From contig NC_042997.1 in assembly GCF_006345805.1 (NCBI RefSeq), forward strand, positions 65,162,001 to 65,226,000: a DNA stretch of 64,000 bases. Reading direction: 5' to 3'. The translations under genes and the position numbers were made by a program. Source of the stretch: Octopus sinensis. Lineage: Eukaryota. Below, piece by piece: positions 41,010 through 54,147 of the stretch. The notes beneath the pieces are model-generated. The model had not been told where the DNA came from. It ran no database searches and worked only from the letters and a program-made list of their open reading frames with translations. Position 1 is the first letter of the stretch. Each line of letters begins with the position of its first letter.

Positions 41010-41352
41010 ATATATATTATATATATATATATTATATATGTATGTATGTATGTATGTAAGTATGTATGTATGTATGTATGTATGTATGTATGTATGTATG
41101 ATTGTATGTATACGCACACAAATATATATGTAAGTCTGTGTGTTTCTGCATGTATTTTTCCCCCACCACCACCGCTTGACAAACGGTGTTAGCGGGTTTA
41201 CATCATCGTAACAGAGCAAAAGGGACCAATAAAATAACTATCAGGCTTTAAAAAGGGTACTGAGGTGGATTCATTTGACTAGAATTCCTTAAGGTGGTGC
41301 ACAAGCATGTCCGCGGTCGGATGTCTGAAATAAGTAAAACAAAATAAAGAAG
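40824..41352 (+). mobile_element. OK/OR-like tRNA-derived SINE with internal microsatellite
   Basis: AACCACATGGTTCCGGGTTCAATCCCACTGCGTGG head; homologous to 16405-16805. Confidence 0.82.
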
Positions 41353-43242
41353 ATAGGTCAGTGAGAAAAGTAAAACTATCCAAAAGAGAGGTAAAAGATA
41401 CGGGTCATTCGATGGAAAGTTCAAAAGGGGTTATTGAACTCGTAAAATTCAGGGAAAGGATGTAACTGTGATGAGAAGTGGTATAAGAAAATATAAGGTT
41501 ATATGATATATATGTAGCGGATCAGACAGAATTTATTTCTTTCGAAAGTTGTGTGAAAAGTAAAGGGAGGAAAAAGGCCAAACTATTGTGTGAAGTCATA
41601 TTGACAAGGTGTCGATAAAGTAAAAGCGAGAAGGCAGAGTTTAATGTGTGATTAGCAGCTGTCAGCCAAAACAGAGTGGCGGGGTTACACAATGTGTGTG
41701 TGGGTGGAAGTGTACATCTATATACTGGTGTGTGTTAGTGTGGGTGGAAGTGTCCGCGCGCACGCATAAGTGAAGAACTGAGGGGGGGGGCGTATAAATG
41801 GGAGTGTACATGTGCATATGTGTATTTTAAGAGTGTGTCAGTTTGGTATATGTGAATCCGTGTGTTTGTGTTTGTGTGTCAAAGAAACAAGTTCGTGCGT
41901 CAGTAGAAGTCTGTGTGTACGTGTCAGTATACTGGTGTGCATGTATGTGTGAAGCGTAGTAGAAGAACAAAGATGCTTCTATGCGTGTATGTGCGTGTGT
42001 AAATGAGAGACGTTGAGAGGAAGATGTATATATGAGAAAGCGGCGTTTTTGCATTCAGATTACGTGCGTAGGAGTGGGATTTGGGAGCAGTAGATGTAGT
42101 TTTTAGGGCAGGGTATGAGTATGTGCATGGAAGCTGAGCAGAAGGGAGCTAAAATATTAGAGATGGGTTGTGCTGGGCTGGCAGGATGAAAATGCAAGTT
42201 ACAAAAATTGTGAAGATTTATTAAGACCCGTTCCCGTCGGATACAAATGGCTGATAATCTTCTATAGGAATCCAAACCTAAAACTAAGAAATGTTGAGTA
42301 CAGTGGTCAGCGAATCAGGAATGTTATGAGATCAGCAACCCGTCACCGAATCAGATGTCTTTAAGGTGTTCTACAAACCACTCGGGACAGTTGGCGTCAG
42401 TTCGTCTGATGCAGAGCACACGTGTATTTGTATGCGCGTGTACAGCAAAAGAGATAAAGATGTGTAAGGGTCACAATATATGTCTGTTTATGTATGCAAT
42501 GGTCTTTAAATGGGTGTTGCGCATCTTTATGTTCCATAACATGCCCCATAACATCGTTAAAATCGGCTGAACTAACTTCTGAGGACGACGTAACCAGATA
42601 AATCTTTCCATCAGAGCCAACTCTCTCTATAGCCTAATGAATGAAATATTTAGAAAAATAAAAGAACATTCGACATTTATTAGATAATTAAAGTATCAGC
42701 ATTATAGCTTTACTGCTTAAGTTTTTTTTATTATTAATATTTAAATGCTGGATATTCAAATAAATGATAATTTAGATCAGAGGGCGAAATATGTAGATTT
42801 AGCTTTGTTACTTTTCAAAACAAAAATTGTTTCAATAGAATATATTACTAAAGTAATGAAACTATAATCTTGTGCTAAAGAAATAAAGCGATATTAAAAG
42901 ATTATAATAGAAGTGATCGCCGTAATGCATGAGTTACACTTTCATTAATTTGCCAACTGAATGAATTATCATATAATTCTGAATGTTATATCGGTGGAAA
43001 TGATTGGTATGTTATGCATCCTGTTTAATCTTATCCATGTAATTACACCACAAATGTTGAGAGCCTTTTCAGTAAATATGTGGAGATAAAGATTAAAAGA
43101 GCTGTCAAAATTCTATTTTCTGCATGGCAGAACAATTAGTACACTGCTGTTCCGCTTAGCAAAGCCTAGTTTTATTTCTTTTGATGATAAAGTCAGTTAT
43201 ATAACATGACCGTAGGAGAATCTGGTTTCTTCATTCTATGTT

Positions 43243-43289
<47 letters not shown>

Positions 43290-45131
43290 GAAAAGGAATT
43301 CTATCCGGAAGAGGTTTGTCCCAAATCGGCTATTCGATTTACGAGTTCCTAGCTGTTTGCTAAAAATGTTAATTTCTATTGATTACAAAAACAAAATGCT
43401 TGTTTCTTACTTGCCTTCAAAATAAAACGATACTCAAATAATAGAGCTTAAAGGAATATTGGATGGAAATGAAGAAATCTAAAAAGGCATATCTAATTGC
43501 GCTATACGCTGTGATGCAACAATGGTAATCTTGAGTGACTTAGCCTGTATGCTCTGATTTTCATGCGTTTATTTACTAATTTGTCAAGTGTATAATACAG
43601 CAAAAGGCTCTTTAGGGCCAGGAAGGATTTTTTTTTTTTACTGAAGTGCCTTCAGCATTTTTAAGTAAAAAAAAATGCATCTACTGGCAAAGTCTACTTG
43701 CTTTCGGCTTTTCGTCACTGTAGACGATGACTGACTGAGGGAATTTAAGTCACCATTAGATGATTAAACCTGATAAGTAATTCACAGGGTGTTAAGCCCA
43801 TCCCACTCGGTGAATGTACTCGAAAGCTGGTATTAAATGCGTTTCAATTTAAAATATTATTTTTCACCAAACTAAATCATTTACAAGCATATGGTACTTT
43901 GTCAAATCTTTCAAAATGTCATTTTTTTCCGAAACCAATTGCAAAGCCGATAGATAGAGACAGACATAATAATGTCTCAGCTATCAAGATCAGTTGAAGA
44001 TCGACATTTTGTAAACTGGTGACCCTCAAAGGATTGTTTGCTGAGTTATACCTACTAGTAATTTTACTACTTCGATGGTCATTTGGTATTAACATATACA
44101 AAAAATTAAAGAATATTTAAATTCAGATTTAAAGCAATAAAATTCATTTATTATTTGAAGTTTAAATAATCCATCAGCGTGCCTGAAAACTTGTCAGGAT
44201 ATGAGATCCAAAAACTAAAGAGTTCCTTTCATCTTTTTCTCCTTTTTTCACAATAAACTTTACATGTTATATATTTACACGGTTTACACGCCTTCAGACC
44301 TCGTCCATTTTTTTTCAAACCAGTTGCAAAGCCGATAGAGACAGTCATAATAATGTCTCGTCTCCTCTTCCCCTCTTTATTATCAACTGCCCCTCCCCCT
44401 CTTACTTCTTATCTTTCGTCCTTGCCAATATATATCTCATAATCTCGCATTCTCTCTTTCTTTCTCCTACGACTTTCAAAATAACTTCCTTTATCTTTTT
44501 ATCATTTCTTTTCTTCTTTGACTTTCTAAGTGTCACTATTCTTGGAAATATCCTTCCTTTACATTACCACCTAACCTTCTGAAGTCTATCTACTTTATAT
44601 CAAAGCATGAAAGTACCTATGTATCATGGCACATGCATTTTGATATTATATTTTCATATACGATTTGATGTAATATTGCGTAATGATATCTACATCTGAT
44701 TTCAGAGTGTGAGTAATAAAATCTGCTCTTCAGATGATACGTCGAAAAATCTGCAAAGTTATAATAGTAATTACGGAAATTTATATACAAACTCATGAGG
44801 ATATATTCTATAAAACTATGATTGGTTGTCTCCTTCGCTCTACATTTTATAGCCATCTCGCTCGGTTTGGGATTACTTACTGTAATTAAGAAATTTGATT
44901 TTAAGAATTCAAGCCCTCCCGGAATTAATTTGGTGCCTATCTATTCTTGCATAAGCATCCTCATAACCACTACACAAACACTCTCATACACACACATATA
45001 TACATACATATATATATATACAAACACACACACACATAAACATATACAGACACACACACATACATATATGCAAATATTTACATATACATATATATATATT
45101 TAAAGATACATAAACAGATAGAGAGACAAGC

Positions 45132-45179
<48 letters not shown>

Positions 45180-46084
45180 CGTGTATGTAAGTAAGTGTGC
45201 GTGTGTGCATGTGTACGTGCGTGCGGGGGGTGACATACAGCACCTAAATTGAAACGGTATCTTTTCGATATGTCCACTTCACAAAAGACAAACTAATATC
45301 TATAGCATCATGCATTTTTTGTCCGGTTCAAAACTTTACGGACAAAATGTGATATAAAGTGTAATTTTTTCTAGTCTACTGTCAGTAGATTTCTCCCTCA
45401 TTGATATTCATTCCTGTTAGACAAAATTAAATATTTGACAATACTTCTTTTAAAGAAAGTGTATCATTACTAGGTCCGCTGTGAAATTAGATTTCAGTTG
45501 TTTCTGATATAAAAGCGACTGTTCGAAAGTTGTATTTTCTCAAACGTGTTTAACTTTCCATAATCTATACACCTGACATGGAATTGTCACATGTCATTAA
45601 AAGGTTTAGAAATTTAGCATCTTAAAAATGTTCGAAGAGCTATTTCCAAACGAAATGGTGCTTTATGTAAGTACAAATTTGCGTAGTGTTTCATAATGTT
45701 GCATAATTACATAAAGTTAGAATTGAAGTTAGAATATCCCAATATTCGTGTTCTGAATAAATACACTTCGCAAACACATGTGTTAGTCCTCTCAAACATA
45801 CATTTGTTTTATTTTTATTACTATAAACTGAACTGTGATAAATGTTCCTATGAGACATTTGATGTATATCTGCATTTGCAGAACATACGTTATGAGAGAA
45901 CAACTAGTTCAAATCTAACCTGGACACCAATTTGAGTGATTCAGTTAAACGAAATATTCAGAATATAATGTCTCGCCAAAATACGCGGAAGTTATTCGCT
46001 ATTGATTTACATTGATCTGATTAAATAAATCTTCTCCAATTTAATCTATGTGTGTATGGGTGTGTGCGTGCGTGTGTGTGTTAA

Positions 46085-46520
46085 ATAAAATGAGACAATA
46101 AAGACAAGACTGTGTGAACTTTTCAGGACATTTATAAAGAGAATGTTAGTCATACAGCTGTTTCTGGGATATTAGGGATATCCTTTCATCAGAGACGTTG
46201 TGAGATGGTAAAATAGATGGAAATATTAGAGTTCAATATAAGTAGTTAATTTGGAAAAGGAAGGAAATAAGGATTATATAGGCAAAGAGAAGAATGAATG
46301 CAGAAAAAAAATTCAATATATAAAGCTGTTACAGTTGCAGTTCCATTATCCAAGGAAAGTGATGTATTGAAGTGGTAGAAATGCTTCTTATCCGTGGTAT
46401 GTAAATTCGAATTGGAGTTCAAATTTTGTCGTTACAAATTTAAAGTGTGGGGACGTAGATACCACGTGCTGTTCATTCAAAGGGTCTTGAGGAGCGAATG
46501 CAAATTCGAGAATGAAATGG
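46085..46520 (-). mobile_element. Penelope-like 3' terminal fragment containing a hammerhead
   Basis: Possible endonuclease C-terminal remnant (PLNEQHVVSTSPH) followed by a pyrimidine-rich stretch and a hammerhead. Confidence 0.55.
46148..46197 (-). ncRNA. Minimal type-I hammerhead ribozyme (PLE-type)
   Basis: Minus strand: gtct CTGATGA aa GGATAT cccta ATATCC ca GAAA CAGCTG TA tgac; intact core, stem II, palindromic stem III, short stem I with one mismatch. Confidence 0.75.
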
Positions 46521-47299
46521 TAGTATTAAGTGGATTGAGAGGGGAGAAGAGGTGTGTATGTTAAAATGAGGAGAGAAGTCAAAGGAAAAGGTGAGAAAAG
46601 AAGGAAAAAAGATGAAGAGAAAATGAAAACAAGAAGTGCACATGAGAAAAATGAGTGAAAGAAAGGGAAAAAGTGAAAAAGGAGTGTTGGTTGATGGTAA
46701 AGATATTATGAGGTGGGGATGAGGGAGGAGTAGGGGATAGGTAGAAAGAGATAAGAATGTAATAGTGAATATGTTTGAGGTGTGTGAGGTGGGGTGATAT
46801 GCTAGAATGGCACTAAGCGATGGGTACAAAAAAGGTATAGGGATGGGGTTTTCTAAAGTGAGCAGTAAACCTCAAAACAGAAGGGAAGACTATCAAGAAT
46901 GCTCAAGCTTCTACTAATAGACATGTGTTTATTCTACTGGCTAATGTGATAGTGTGGGTTGAGGAATTAGAGGGAAAGAGAGAAAGAAGTGCATATATGC
47001 ATGCGCGCACACATGTACATATATGTGTGTGCATGCACTATTATACAGGCCCACGTACTTCTGTATTTAAACCCGTATACATGCATGCATATGTATACAC
47101 ATACACACACATACACATACACATGTATACACATACATACGCATATATTCATAAAGATACATATGCATGCATGCTTTCGCATATATATATGCGGATATAT
47201 GTGCGTATGTATATGTGTATGTATATATATATACACATATACATACGCACATATATCCGCATACGTACGCATATGCATGTCCATAGATGCAGTATTGAA

Positions 47300-47658
47300 C
47301 AATAAAAACGAGATTAGAAAGTCAAAAATTATGAAAATTCAAATAGGATTGTTGGGGATTGCTTAAGGTGTTTTGGGGATATGTTTTACGTGGTTGTTTC
47401 GGTCGCATTTAGATTTGTGGCAAAATTTGAAGGTACGAAAAAGCGGTGGGTGTATGTACCTAGGGACTCATTATATTTATTTAGTAGTATTGAAGATACA
47501 GTTCTATATTTTAGAGATGAGGAATTATGTACATTATTTACAATATTTACATTATTATTTACAATATTTACAATTGACGGATATTTGTCCTCATCAGGTG
47601 TCTTGGGGAAATGTTAGAAGTTTGGTTCTCATACCTAAGGTATTTTTCGATGTTGTTG

Positions 47659-47716
<58 letters not shown>

Positions 47717-48135
47717 GATTATTATTATTCAGGTCATTGCCTGGAATCGAACTCGGAATCTTAGGGTTAGTAGCCCGCGCTCTTAACCATTACGCCATAT
47801 GCACATGAGCATAGTATTGAAGAGTTATGTTTCAATATGAGGAATTCTTCTTTTAGGTATAATTTACAGGTTGAGCGTTCACCATGGTATGGACGCCCTA
47901 AATTGATTACAGACCATGACAAGATGTAGGGAATATTTCTATTTTTGAGATGATGTAAGTGACTGGCGAGTGTTGTTAATTTACTGTTTCTTGAATCTAA
48001 AAGAATCAAGATGCGCAGCGTATCGCTGCTTAAAATTTATAGTTGATCCTATATATATATGGCTGTAGAATTATGCAACGTGTTGAGGGCTGTGCATTTA
48101 TAAATTAATTTTTTGCCTCTCCAATCATGTTTTCA
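47300..48135 (-). mobile_element. Penelope-like GIY-YIG remnant (same subfamily as 35070-35700), split by a SINE
   Basis: LIYKCTALNTLHNSTA..IGSTINFKQRYAAH..TTLASHLHHLKNRNIPYILSWSVINLGRPY..CKLYLKE..|SINE|..LLNKYNESLGTYTH. Confidence 0.85.
47497..47811 (-). mobile_element. tRNA-headed SINE-like insertion with a perfect 12-bp TSD
   Basis: TAGTATTGAAGA at 47485-47496 and 47812-47823; head GGCGTAATGGTTAAGAGCGCGGGCTACTAA...GAGTTCGATTCC; internal (AAT)n. Confidence 0.88.
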
Positions 48136-48196
48136 TTGTTCAATACTACACATATGGACATGCCTATGCACACGTATGAGGATGTATGTGCTTATG

Positions 48197-48258
<62 letters not shown>

Positions 48259-48269
48259 ATATATATAAA

Positions 48270-51230
48270 TTAATAATAAAATATTAGGGAATAAATCCAA
48301 ACTTACAGGGAAAAATCAGATTTAGGATTGAATCCAATTTTATAGTAAAATATTATATTATATTAAATTAGAGATAAAACCACTATTAGGCAAACCAAAC
48401 AATGAAAAACTTAAGCCAATACATAAAATTAATTAATTTATATTATTTTAAATATATATCAAAATTATTAAAAGTTTAATAAAAGATAATGGGTAAAACA
48501 CAACGATCGTTTCATGGCTGTCCAATTCGAGTTATGGTTACAGTCAATCTTCAGGTGATTGAAATATCTAAAATATAATCAGAAATATTCAAACAATATT
48601 TTTAAGATATAAATAATATAATAATGTTACTTATAATAAACTCTATTATCAAACTAGAAACAATTATGATTATATCAAAATCGACTATAATGTTAAATAG
48701 CAATTTTAATTTATAAGGTAGGAAACCCACCCATAATCTAATATCGGTATTAGTCTATATCTAATTACATAAATATTTAAAAATGACTAATATATATAAA
48801 TTATCAATGAAAACATATAAATGTATATAAATATTATAATTAAGATCTAAAATAATCTCTATAAATAAATGTATATGCACATATAATAAAAACCTAATAA
48901 ATTTTATTTTTCATATTTAAAGATGAAATAGCTAATATCAAAATACAAATAAACAAACTTAAACGAACTTTCGGAAATCTTATGTAAAGTACTTTTAGAA
49001 ATAATCAATTCGTAGTAATATAGTATCGAATAAAAACTATAAATATAATACTATAAATATAATTATCAATGGAAATAATTAGCGAATATAAATTTAAAGA
49101 AATAACTAAGTTATGCTATTTAATTAGACATGGCCTGGACCAATCTTTAGTCGAAACATATCTAAGTTTATCAAAGTTTATCTAATTTAATTATAAATCT
49201 AAAATTACTATTAATACTATTAAAACATGTATATAAAAGCCTAACTTAATACACCTCGTATTCCTGCTATCAAATAACAAATCTATCGCTATGTAGTATC
49301 TTACGAATAAACTTAAATTTAATATCTAATAATATAGAAAATTACGATAATTAGATCATTACATAAACAACGATATTTACATAAGGAGAATATTATTACT
49401 CCAAAGACTTATACAATATTAAAATTTAAAATGTGAAGATCTTAAATAAATACATACTTATCTTAGCGAGGTTTAGCAATGAACTAAAATTTTGAATCGG
49501 AAAACGTCTCTACAGCGTTTATAAGAATACCCGTGGAATTACGTTATTAGCAAAAAAAAGGAATAAATTGTTGAAGAATTCATTACGCGTGAGGAACTTA
49601 CGTTTTATTAATGATTATGAATGGGAAAATTATTTGTTTATCATTGTAAATAGAATGAATTCACAAATAAAGAATAAAATCTCTCTATACTATAATATTT
49701 ATTAATAAAATAACTATGATAAATGAAACTTAATACAAAATAAATTAAATGATTTAAATGATTAAAAACCACTAATTATTAAATATATTCTAAAAATCTT
49801 ATAAGATTAATAAATATATAAAACTTTATTTATATAGTAACCCCTCAACATACTATAAAGTCTTTCCCACGCCCTTATAATTATAAGCTAAAATTAGTGA
49901 TCATAACAAAATCTATAAATACTTATCAAAATTTGTAGTATAACTATACATACGTATACATAAATATGTAAAAAAAATAATCATTCATATACATATATAT
50001 ATATAGATACATATACATACACATATACACATACATACACACATACATATACATATATACAAACATATATACACACATACACACATACACATATGCAAAC
50101 TCATACATACATGTACCTACATACGATACTCAATATATACACTTACACCTATATATACACACCCACACACATACACATAAATAAATGTATATACATATAC
50201 ATATATATACACACACATCATCATATACACATATATACATACACACGCAACCACATATATCATATAATAAATACATATATAAATGTCTATAATCATACTA
50301 CAATACAAAATAGAGGTAAATATTAAGTTAAATCTAAATAATTAATCTACTAATCTATACTTCTATATTAAATAAAATAGATTAAATAAACAACTAAAGA
50401 AACCTATTTCAAATATAAAGAGATTACATACAAATAGATTAATATAACAAAAATTATAATTTAACGAATTTATAACAGAAATATAACAAAATATTCAAAA
50501 TAAATAAAATTGTAACTTACCAGACTCTATATTCAATAAACCATTAAATATTTATTAAAAATATATTTAGTAATAAAACGAACAACTATATATAATCTAA
50601 CTATAATTAAAACAGAACCTAAATAACTAAAATAAACTAATATAGGAAGTACTACAAATCACCTGCTATATTTAGAATACTATTACATAAAACAACAAAT
50701 AGGGAGCTAATTAAGGCTATGAAATATTCATTATTTATCAAGAAATTTATTATATAAGTAAAGTAACTTGTGTCTGCATTTTATTTTGCGCTCATCACAG
50801 GTATTCAGTAAATTATCATGCTTATAAAATAAAATTTCCTTAAACTCATTAAATAACAAAAATTCACTCCTATACTATATGATTTAGTTTTACTAATTAT
50901 TTCCCAAGATAAATTATAATTAATATTTTGGGATTTAAGTCCCCAAATGTACTTGCTAAGTTCAGTGGAGTTAATTAAGTTTTTATTTTTAAATGAATTC
51001 ATATGTTGTGCGATTCTTAATTTTATTTTAGAGGAAGTGGACCCTATATATATCGTAATTGAGTTATTCTTATTCTTATTATCCTTATCATGTAATGTAA
51101 CTATACATTTATACATTACATCGTTAATATCACATTTATTATTTAATTTACATTTAGTTTTATCTCTACATGTACAGTTAATTAGTGTCTTATCTTTATT
51201 ATTGGTATTATTATATAATTTATTTTTATA
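48270..51230 (-). mobile_element. Extremely AT-rich Penelope-like element (Hydra-clade-like), RT missing: GIY-YIG domain, long downstream region, hammerhead
   Basis: NCTCRDKTKC (CxCx5C), VMYKC...IYIGSTSSKIKLRIAQHMNSFKN...STELSKYIWGLK...SWEII at ~50760-51200; hammerhead near the distal end; boundaries approximate. Confidence 0.8.
48497..48559 (-). ncRNA. Minimal type-I hammerhead ribozyme (PLE-type)
   Basis: Minus strand: atcac CTGAAGA t TGACTGT [18-nt loop] ACAGCCA t GAAA CGATCG TT gtgtt; palindromic stem III AACGATCGTT; stem I cac/gtg. Confidence 0.75.
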
Positions 51231-51343
51231 AAACCAATTTTTCTAAAACAGTTCTTTGTTGATATCTACCTGGACTTTTAATCCACGTTTCTTGTGTGTG
51301 TCTGTCTATCTGTTGTCTGTCTCTCTATGTGTCTATGTCTGTC

Positions 51344-51381
<38 letters not shown>

Positions 51382-52516
51382 CATATAAATCTCCCAGAAA
51401 TCCTGTCCTTTCCTCTTGTTTCTAGTATGTCCCAGCTGACTTTTGCACCCACGCCTGTTTTTTTCCTAAATTTCTTCCGATTCCTGTTTTCAATACAGGA
51501 GACTGGGTCTTGCCCGGAAAACACGTTTTCAATATTTTAATTTTCCCACTCCCGATCGCCAATTTTTTTAATTTTTTCATTTTTTCGAAAATTTTCTTGG
51601 TAATCCACGCAGAAGAGACAGAGGTACTGATCCTTAAGAATTTTCTTGACTCTTTTTTCTTAAAAAAAACCTAAAATTTCCTTCCCAATCATCCACCCAT
51701 CACCTCACCATTTTTGAAAAGCTTCAAACTCCCAAAGTTTCACTTTTAGCTTTTAAAAACAGGAAGTTTCTTCAGAAATAATGTCGTTTACCTGTTGTTT
51801 GTAGCATGTCGGGTTTTCTGGTGATGCTCTAATATTCTACGTCTGCTATTTCAGTACAATTATATGCGCGTAACATCAGACAAAAGAGAAACATTAGGTG
51901 TTTTTAGCTTTTTGAAAGCAGGTAGGTGTTGGGTGGGTGAGGTGTTGGGTGGGTGAGGTGTTGGAAAGGTCATTGAGTGTTCCTTTATGAAAAATTAATA
52001 TTTATAAAACAATATTTATTTCCCAGATTCGTAATCTCAGTATTTTTCATCATGAATAAAAACAATTCGATAAAAAGTTGGTGCGAGAACTAAGATGTTG
52101 AAAACGTGATTTCTGGGCAAAATTGTATTAACCCACTTTTCTACGATGAAACAATACATAGTTCGTGATCAGTCTTAAGAATAGTTTGTCTGAATGTTAA
52201 TACGATAGAAACGAATTTCGACTTTACAGGTTGAATTCTACAATAAAAATGCGTTTCTCTGTAGTATTTTTTTTTGTCAAATACTCCGAATTTCTCTTAA
52301 TGTTTCAAAAGAATATTTGGATCTAATTTTCATAGATGAGGATTTACCTTGGATATGTATTCTACTTACATTTGATGATGTCTGATTTTTGTATGTTGTA
52401 TGTTAACCAATTTTTCTAAAACAGTGCTTTGTTGATATCTACCTGGACGTTTAATCCACTTTTCTTGTGTGTGTCTGTCTATCTGCTGTCTGTCTCTCTA
52501 TGTGTCTATGTCTGTC

Positions 52517-52548
<32 letters not shown>
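51231..52548 (+). repeat. ~120-bp direct duplication (51231-51350, 52406-52525), each followed by (TA)n
   Basis: AACCAATTTTT(T)CTAAAACAG...GATATCTACCTGGAC...CTATGTCTGTCTCTG nearly identical in both copies. Confidence 0.9.
51505..52125. mobile_element. MITE/foldback-like element with long imperfect inverted arms
   Basis: TTGCCCGGAAAACACGTTTTCAATATTTTAATTTTCCCAC (51510-) versus the reverse complement of 52080-52120, TTGCCCAGAAATCACGTTTTCAACATCTTAGTTCTCGCAC; inner CCACCCATCACCTCACC pairs with GGTGAGGTGTTGGGTGG. Confidence 0.65.
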
Positions 52549-52554
<6 letters not shown>

Positions 52555-52839
52555 GAAATGAGGTAATCAGAAGATCGGATGGTTTATATTTACAGATATT
52601 TATTTATATATTACATTTTTTACATATATATCATATCACTTAGACCATTAGCGCTTTCTCCCGTTCTAGTGGGGTTTTCAAATCAAAATAATATATATAT
52701 GTGTGTGTGTGTGTGTGTATGCATGCATACATGCATACATACACACACATATATGCATACATATACACTTATAATCACACATACTGAAATTTTTTTCTAC
52801 TTCACCTAAAAATGTGATAAATGTCAAAGATTATATCTT

Positions 52840-53190
52840 TGTTGTCACCATGGATCGTACCCCTGCAGAGTAATGATGACTCGACAACGAAGGTATTCCC
52901 GATTAAGCGCGAATTTTCTAGCTGTCTTGCCGTTCTATTACTAGATTTTAATATTGTCCATTTATAGCGTTCTTTGTCTGCCACTTGATCGACGATCCTC
53001 TACACTCCCACCCATGATAATATCTTTCACACCCCTACTTCTCCGAATATGGCCATAAAAAATGAGCTTTTGTTTTGACAAAATGTTCCAGCGCTCTCGT
53101 CTTACACCTACATACGAATAATACCTATTTATTTCTCCTCGAAGGGACTCGTAACATTCTCCTATACACATAAATTTCAAACGCAATTAA
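52840..53190 (-). mobile_element. RTE-clade LINE 3' fragment
   Basis: QKLIFYGHIRRSRGVKDIIMGGSVEDRRSSGRQRTL*MDNIK resembles the RTE C-terminal GH..R...G.R..GR.R..W.D motif. Confidence 0.7.
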
Positions 53191-54075
53191 TATATTCTTT
53201 TCAAATATGTTCAGCGATCATGCTTCACTACCATATCTACATAAAATAATTTCATTGAAATTTTACACCTGGAGTATAACCTATTAAAAGTATCCATGAT
53301 ATAATATTCATGAGATCTAATTCCGATGAAACAGTTGTAAATTGATGAAATAAAACGATTGCTCATTCATTTCTTCTTGATTATATTTACATAAATATAT
53401 ATGCATATACGTGTGTGTGTATGTGTGTGCTGTGAATAATATGGAAAATAATCGCTGAGTCGAGGTACGTAAATATTCGAACTACAAATCGGAGAGGTTA
53501 AAACGAAAGACTGCTAAAAATGATTTCCTCGCAAATACTGCTTCATGAAACCCACTGTTTTTGTTTTTTTACTTCTATTATGAAAGTAATAAATGTCAAA
53601 GATTATATCTAATCTCACATGAATAAATCACTGTAAACCGAATAATATTAACTCAAAATATATGTACTTCCTTTACATATTCAAATTTAAGAGACGTTTG
53701 GCAAAGGTTTTGTTTACCTTTTAAACAGAATTGCATTATGTATTGCGATTACAATATTATTGGGAGCTGATTTTAAGTGGTTTTATGTATTTCACCTTTA
53801 TGTAATGTAATTAACCCCGGAAACTGATAATGGTGAATGAGGATGTATATTAGACTACGAAATGTAATTTTCGAAAGCCGAAATGATCAAATTATTAGTG
53901 CATATTGATTGCATTGGACGGATATAGATACATATACACTCTCCCCTCCACACACGCACACACGCAAACACATACACACATATATACATTCCTATGTGTT
54001 ATATAAGTGTATATATGTGCATATTTGCGTATATATGTGCATATATATGTACATATATATGTATGTGTAAATAGG

Positions 54076-54147
<72 letters not shown>

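Noticed and set aside
42170-42570. GC-richer patch with short overlapping ORFs
   Set aside because: No consistent splice sites, frame or domain.
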